DNA of 61,802 nt, the filler included. It is 5 parts of 5 records of this genome, joined end to end, with 100 filler letters (N's around TTAATTAATTAA, not from the genome) between each part and the next. Parts side by side here need not be neighbours in the genome. Positions count along the whole stretch, not along the records: positions 56,127 to 61,802 come from SRR22947727_3962; 4 more parts are not named here. One strand, written 5' to 3'. A program made the position numbers and the translations under genes. Below, in pieces: positions 58,503-61,802 of the stretch. Below the pieces are notes generated by a model, which searched no databases, was not told the DNA's origin, and was given only the letters and a program-made list of their open reading frames with translations. The number at the start of each line of letters is the position of its first letter. Positions within the stretch are counted from its first letter, which is position 1.

Positions 58503-59037
58503 GCTCTCTTTCAATTAACTCTATAAAGCGATTAGATGTTGGTTTTGTTATAGAGGCAAACGTATCAACAACCTTTCCATTTTTACCTATCACAATTTTA
58601 TGAAAATTCCATTTTGGAACAGCTCCTGATCCGTGGTTTTTTTTTGCCCAAAGGAAAAAGGGATGTGCATCTTTACCTATAACTTCTGTTTTTTCAGTTA
58701 TTGGAAAATCAATACCAAAAGTAGTTTCACAAAAATCTTTAATCTCTTGGTTAGATCCAGGTTCTTGTCTAAAATTATTTGATGGGACTCCAATAACTAC
58801 CAATCCTTCAGATTTATATTTACTCCAAATGGTCTGAAGATCTTCATATTGATTAGTAAATCCACATTTACTTGCTACATTAACAACTATTATTACCTTA
58901 TCTTTGTAATCTTGTAATTTTATTTCACCTCCATCAACATTTTTAAAAGAAAATGAATTTGCAAGAGTTGAATAGTTCGCGTGACCTTTAGAGAAGAATG
59001 AGAGCATTAATATAAATATAAATAGAGTTTTTTTCAT
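58492..59037 (-). CDS. Glutathione peroxidase family (Cys type) with N-terminal signal peptide
   Basis: NVASKCGFT, PSNNF.QEP, PKWNFHK; MKKTLFIFILML leader. Confidence 0.92.
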   Translation of the reverse strand: MKKTLFIFILMLSFFSKGHANYSTLANSFSFKNVDGGEIKLQDYKDKVIIVVNVASKCGFTNQYEDLQTIWSKYKSEGLVVIGVPSNNFRQEPGSNQEIKDFCETTFGIDFPITEKTEVIGKDAHPFFLWAKKNHGSGAVPKWNFHKIVIGKNGKVVDTFASITKPTSNRFIELIERELKK

Positions 59038-59039
59038 AC

Positions 59040-59441
59040 TCAAGCGCTTATTGCCTTATGCAATGCATTTAATGGTAGTAAAATGCATTTAAAACGATCT
59101 TTATTTTTAATATTCAAAATTTTTTTTAATTCCTTTAAGCAAGGATTAATTTCAGGAACTTCATATTCTTTCGTAAATAATATTTGTTTTAATTCATTTT
59201 TAATAACATTTGTTTTCTTTTTCTTAACAGTTCTAGATAGCAAACTTGCAGATGCTTGACAAAAAATACAGGACTCTGTTTCGTAATGCATTCGTTCTAA
59301 AATTCCATTTTTAATTATTGCCTCAACAGTAATCGTATCGCCACAAAATTTATTTTTTAGACTAGCTCTATACTTTGATTTATTTATCAAGCCATAATTT
59401 GAGGTATTGGCTGCAATTTTTATAATATCGCCTGTAATCAT
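59040..59441 (-). CDS. IscU/SufU (NifU N-terminal)-like protein
   Basis: NKFCGDTI, SCIFCQASAS, RFKCILLP. Confidence 0.8.
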   Translation of the reverse strand: MITGDIIKIAANTSNYGLINKSKYRASLKNKFCGDTITVEAIIKNGILERMHYETESCIFCQASASLLSRTVKKKKTNVIKNELKQILFTKEYEVPEINPCLKELKKILNIKNKDRFKCILLPLNALHKAISA

Positions 59442-60613
59442 TCCTTTTTAGTTGAAGCTTTTAATAAAAAATATCCAACTAAAGTTGATAGTAAAGAACC
59501 AACGAGAACACCAATTTTAACACCATCTAAATTTGATGTTGCGTCAGCAAAAGCCAAATTACCAACAAACAAACTCATAGTAAATCCTATTCCAGTAAGT
59601 ATTCCAACGGCGTATAAATTCGTCCATGTTGATTGATTAGGCATTTGAGCTAATCCCATTTTTACTGATACGTAAGAAAAAAAGAAAACACCAATTTGTT
59701 TACCAAAAAATAAACCACAGACAATTCCAAGAGGCACAGGATTAAGTAAGGTGCTAAGCCCAAGACCTTCTAAAGACACGCCTGCATTTGCAAAAGCAAA
59801 TAATGGCATTATTCCAAATGCAACATAAGGTGCGATCGAGTGCTCTAATTTAAGTAAAAGTGATTTACTTTTTTCTTTAGTGTTATGTGGAATGAGTAGG
59901 GCAAGGAGCACGCCAGATATAGTTGCGTGAATGCCCGATTGATGCGTAAAATCCCACAAGAGTATTCCTACAATTAGATAGGGAAGGAAAATTTTAATAT
60001 TAAACCTATTAAAAAAAATTAAGACTACCAAAGCCAGTCCCATTAATATTAAATAAGTCACTTGTATGTTTCCAGAATAAAAGAAAGCAATAATTACTAT
60101 TGCACCAAGATCATCGATTATAGCTAAAGCTGTTAAAAAAATTTTCAATGAAAGAGGTACTCTTTTACCTAATAATGATAACACACCTAGAGAAAACGCT
60201 ATGTCTGTAGCCGCAGGTATGGCCCAACCCTTAATTGTGTCTGGTGAGTTAATATTAATGAAGACGTATATTAAAGCTGGCACGAGCATACCACCAACAG
60301 CAGCTATGATTGGTAATAAAGCTTGTTTAGGATTTGATAATTCACCCTGAACCATCTCTCTTTTTATCTCAAGAGAAACAAGAAAGAAAAAAATTGTCAT
60401 TAACACATCGTTGATCCAATGTAAGACACTTAGTTTTAATTTAAATGATGATATACCGACCGCAAAATAAGTATTTAAAGTATCAAAATATAGGTTTGCA
60501 AAGCCACTGTTACTAATGATTAATGCAATAGCTGCGGAAAACAGCAGGACTAAACCTGATGCTGACTCTAATTTAAAAAATTCCTTAAAGGGTTTTGTTA
60601 AGATTTGAATCAT
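59438..60613 (-). CDS. nhaA: Na+/H+ antiporter NhaA
   Basis: WINDVLM, LEIKRE, ATDIAF, AIIDDLG, GIGFTMSLF. Confidence 0.96.
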   Translation of the reverse strand: MIQILTKPFKEFFKLESASGLVLLFSAAIALIISNSGFANLYFDTLNTYFAVGISSFKLKLSVLHWINDVLMTIFFFLVSLEIKREMVQGELSNPKQALLPIIAAVGGMLVPALIYVFININSPDTIKGWAIPAATDIAFSLGVLSLLGKRVPLSLKIFLTALAIIDDLGAIVIIAFFYSGNIQVTYLILMGLALVVLIFFNRFNIKIFLPYLIVGILLWDFTHQSGIHATISGVLLALLIPHNTKEKSKSLLLKLEHSIAPYVAFGIMPLFAFANAGVSLEGLGLSTLLNPVPLGIVCGLFFGKQIGVFFFSYVSVKMGLAQMPNQSTWTNLYAVGILTGIGFTMSLFVGNLAFADATSNLDGVKIGVLVGSLLSTLVGYFLLKASTKKE

Positions 60614-60616
60614 AAT

Positions 60617-61687
60617 TTATTTTATATCTCCTATATAAATACCTAAAGATAAAGCTGTTTCAACTAAAGGATCATTTCTTTCGACGTTTTTATATGTTTT
60701 TATAGCTTCATTTATTGTCACATCAATGATTTTTCTATTTTTATATGCGACCATTTTATCAAATTTACCTTTTTCAAGCAGATCAACTGCGTATACACCA
60801 AAAGCACTTGCTAAAATTCTGTCATTCGCAGTTGGAGGAGCACCTCTTTGTACATGGCCAAGAGCAGTGACACGGCATTCAATATCTGTTTTTGACATTA
60901 TTTGATTAGCTATATATTCACCAATTCCACCTAAACGTTTTTGTCCATCTTTAAATTCATGAATTACTTTTTTTCCATTTTCCATTTTTACTGCTTCTGC
61001 TACAACTATTAAGGAATGTTTAACATCTCTTTTTTTCATTTCGTTTAATTTATTTATAATTCCTTTAATTGAATATTTAATTTCTGGTATTAAAATTACA
61101 TCAGCACCACCAGCAATACCTGAACTTAGAGCGATATGACCAGCATCTCGTCCCATTACCTCTAAAATCATTGATCGACTATGACTAACCGCTGTTGAAT
61201 GAAGATTATCTAATGCTTGGGTAGCAACGTTTACAGCCGTGTCAAACCCAATAGAAAAATCAGTTGCTCCAACATCATTATCAATTGTTTTTGGTATGGC
61301 TACAATTTTAAGATTACCTTTTTTAGCGATCTTTTGTAAAATATTCATACTTCCATCTCCACCTATAATAATAAGTCCGTCCAGTCCTAATTGATGATAA
61401 CCATCTATCAACAATTTTTCTTGATCAACAATTTTATCTTTTGCTTTTAAACTTCCTTTGTTTGTAGTTCCTAAGAAAGTTCCACCTTGTTTTAATAAAT
61501 AGCCTGAAAATGTCTTTTGATTTAATTCTATGAAATCGAGTGGTCTTTGAACTAGACCTGTAGTGCCATTCTTAATACCAAAAACAGTCATTCCATATTT
61601 GTTTTTGGCTCTAAAAAAAATTGATCGAATGGCAGCATTAAGCCCACCACAATCGCCACCACTAGTCAAAATTCCAATTTTTTTCAT
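60617..61687 (-). CDS. pfkA: 6-phosphofructokinase (PfkA family, group III-like)
   Basis: TSGGDC.GLN, GGDGS, PKTIDND, EVMGR, LGHVQRG. Confidence 0.93.
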   Translation of the reverse strand: MKKIGILTSGGDCGGLNAAIRSIFFRAKNKYGMTVFGIKNGTTGLVQRPLDFIELNQKTFSGYLLKQGGTFLGTTNKGSLKAKDKIVDQEKLLIDGYHQLGLDGLIIIGGDGSMNILQKIAKKGNLKIVAIPKTIDNDVGATDFSIGFDTAVNVATQALDNLHSTAVSHSRSMILEVMGRDAGHIALSSGIAGGADVILIPEIKYSIKGIINKLNEMKKRDVKHSLIVVAEAVKMENGKKVIHEFKDGQKRLGGIGEYIANQIMSKTDIECRVTALGHVQRGAPPTANDRILASAFGVYAVDLLEKGKFDKMVAYKNRKIIDVTINEAIKTYKNVERNDPLVETALSLGIYIGDIK

Positions 61688-61738
61688 TTAAACAAATAAG
61701 TAATATTACATTCAATATATACAACAAGAATGTTTCAA

Positions 61739-61767
61739 TTGCCAAAAACCCTTAATTAACCTATATA
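61739..61767 (+). promoter_or_regulatory. Candidate sigma70 promoter for the tRNA
   Basis: TTGCCA-17 nt-TATATA, ending 10 nt before the tRNA 5' end. Confidence 0.45.
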
Positions 61768-61777
61768 AACATTCAAT

Positions 61778-61802
61778 CGGGGCGTAGCGCAGCCTGGTAG
61801 CG
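61778..61802 (+). tRNA. 5' end of a tRNA, most like tRNA-Pro (truncated at window edge)
   Basis: CGGGGCG-TA-GCGC-AGCCTGGTA-GCG: acceptor strand plus D arm typical of bacterial tRNA-Pro; anticodon not visible. Confidence 0.75.

Noticed and set aside
58492-59037. Possible selenocysteine in the glutathione peroxidase
   Set aside because: The active-site codon is TGT (Cys) and the ORF is uninterrupted

Overview
The window is not one genome. It is five unrelated contigs, probably from a marine metagenome, joined by four artificial 100-nt spacers (44 N + TTAATTAATTAA + 44 N). (1) 1-12078: AT-rich tail/neck module of a long-tailed (sipho-type) phage on the minus strand, with a GTA-like gene order, a -1 frameshift site in the tail chaperone and a 27x10-aa repeat fibre in the tail-tip protein. 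(2) 12179-36878: alphaproteobacterial (SAR116-like) core region: dnaE, lolD, lolC/E, proS, hemB, ilvA, bpt, parC, recO-era-rnc-lepB-acpS-pdxJ, spoT, rpoZ, folK, smpB, dapA and an MttB-family gene. (3) 36979-44039: AT-rich streamlined gammaproteobacterium (SAR86-like): efp-argS-SPOR-yggS-proC-yggT-metX-metW-rdgB-hemW. (4) 44140-56026: Roseobacter-like contig with pirin, a TAT-less reductive-dehalogenase-like B12/Fe-S enzyme, a beta-hydroxyacid dehydrogenase, gdhA and soxB. Between gdhA and soxB lies the most interesting element, a six-gene operon eptA1-lpxE-pssA-eptA2-dgkA-psd. It encodes a closed cycle: make phosphatidylethanolamine, dephosphorylate lipid A, add phosphoethanolamine with two distinct EptA types, and recycle the diacylglycerol by-product. 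(5) 56127-61802: very AT-rich SAR11-like contig: metG-tatD-MBL hydrolase, gpx, IscU-like, nhaA, a group-III pfkA, and the 5' end of a tRNA-Pro. Taxonomic labels are inferred from composition and gene order. Comparisons to named reference proteins are from memory, not from searches.
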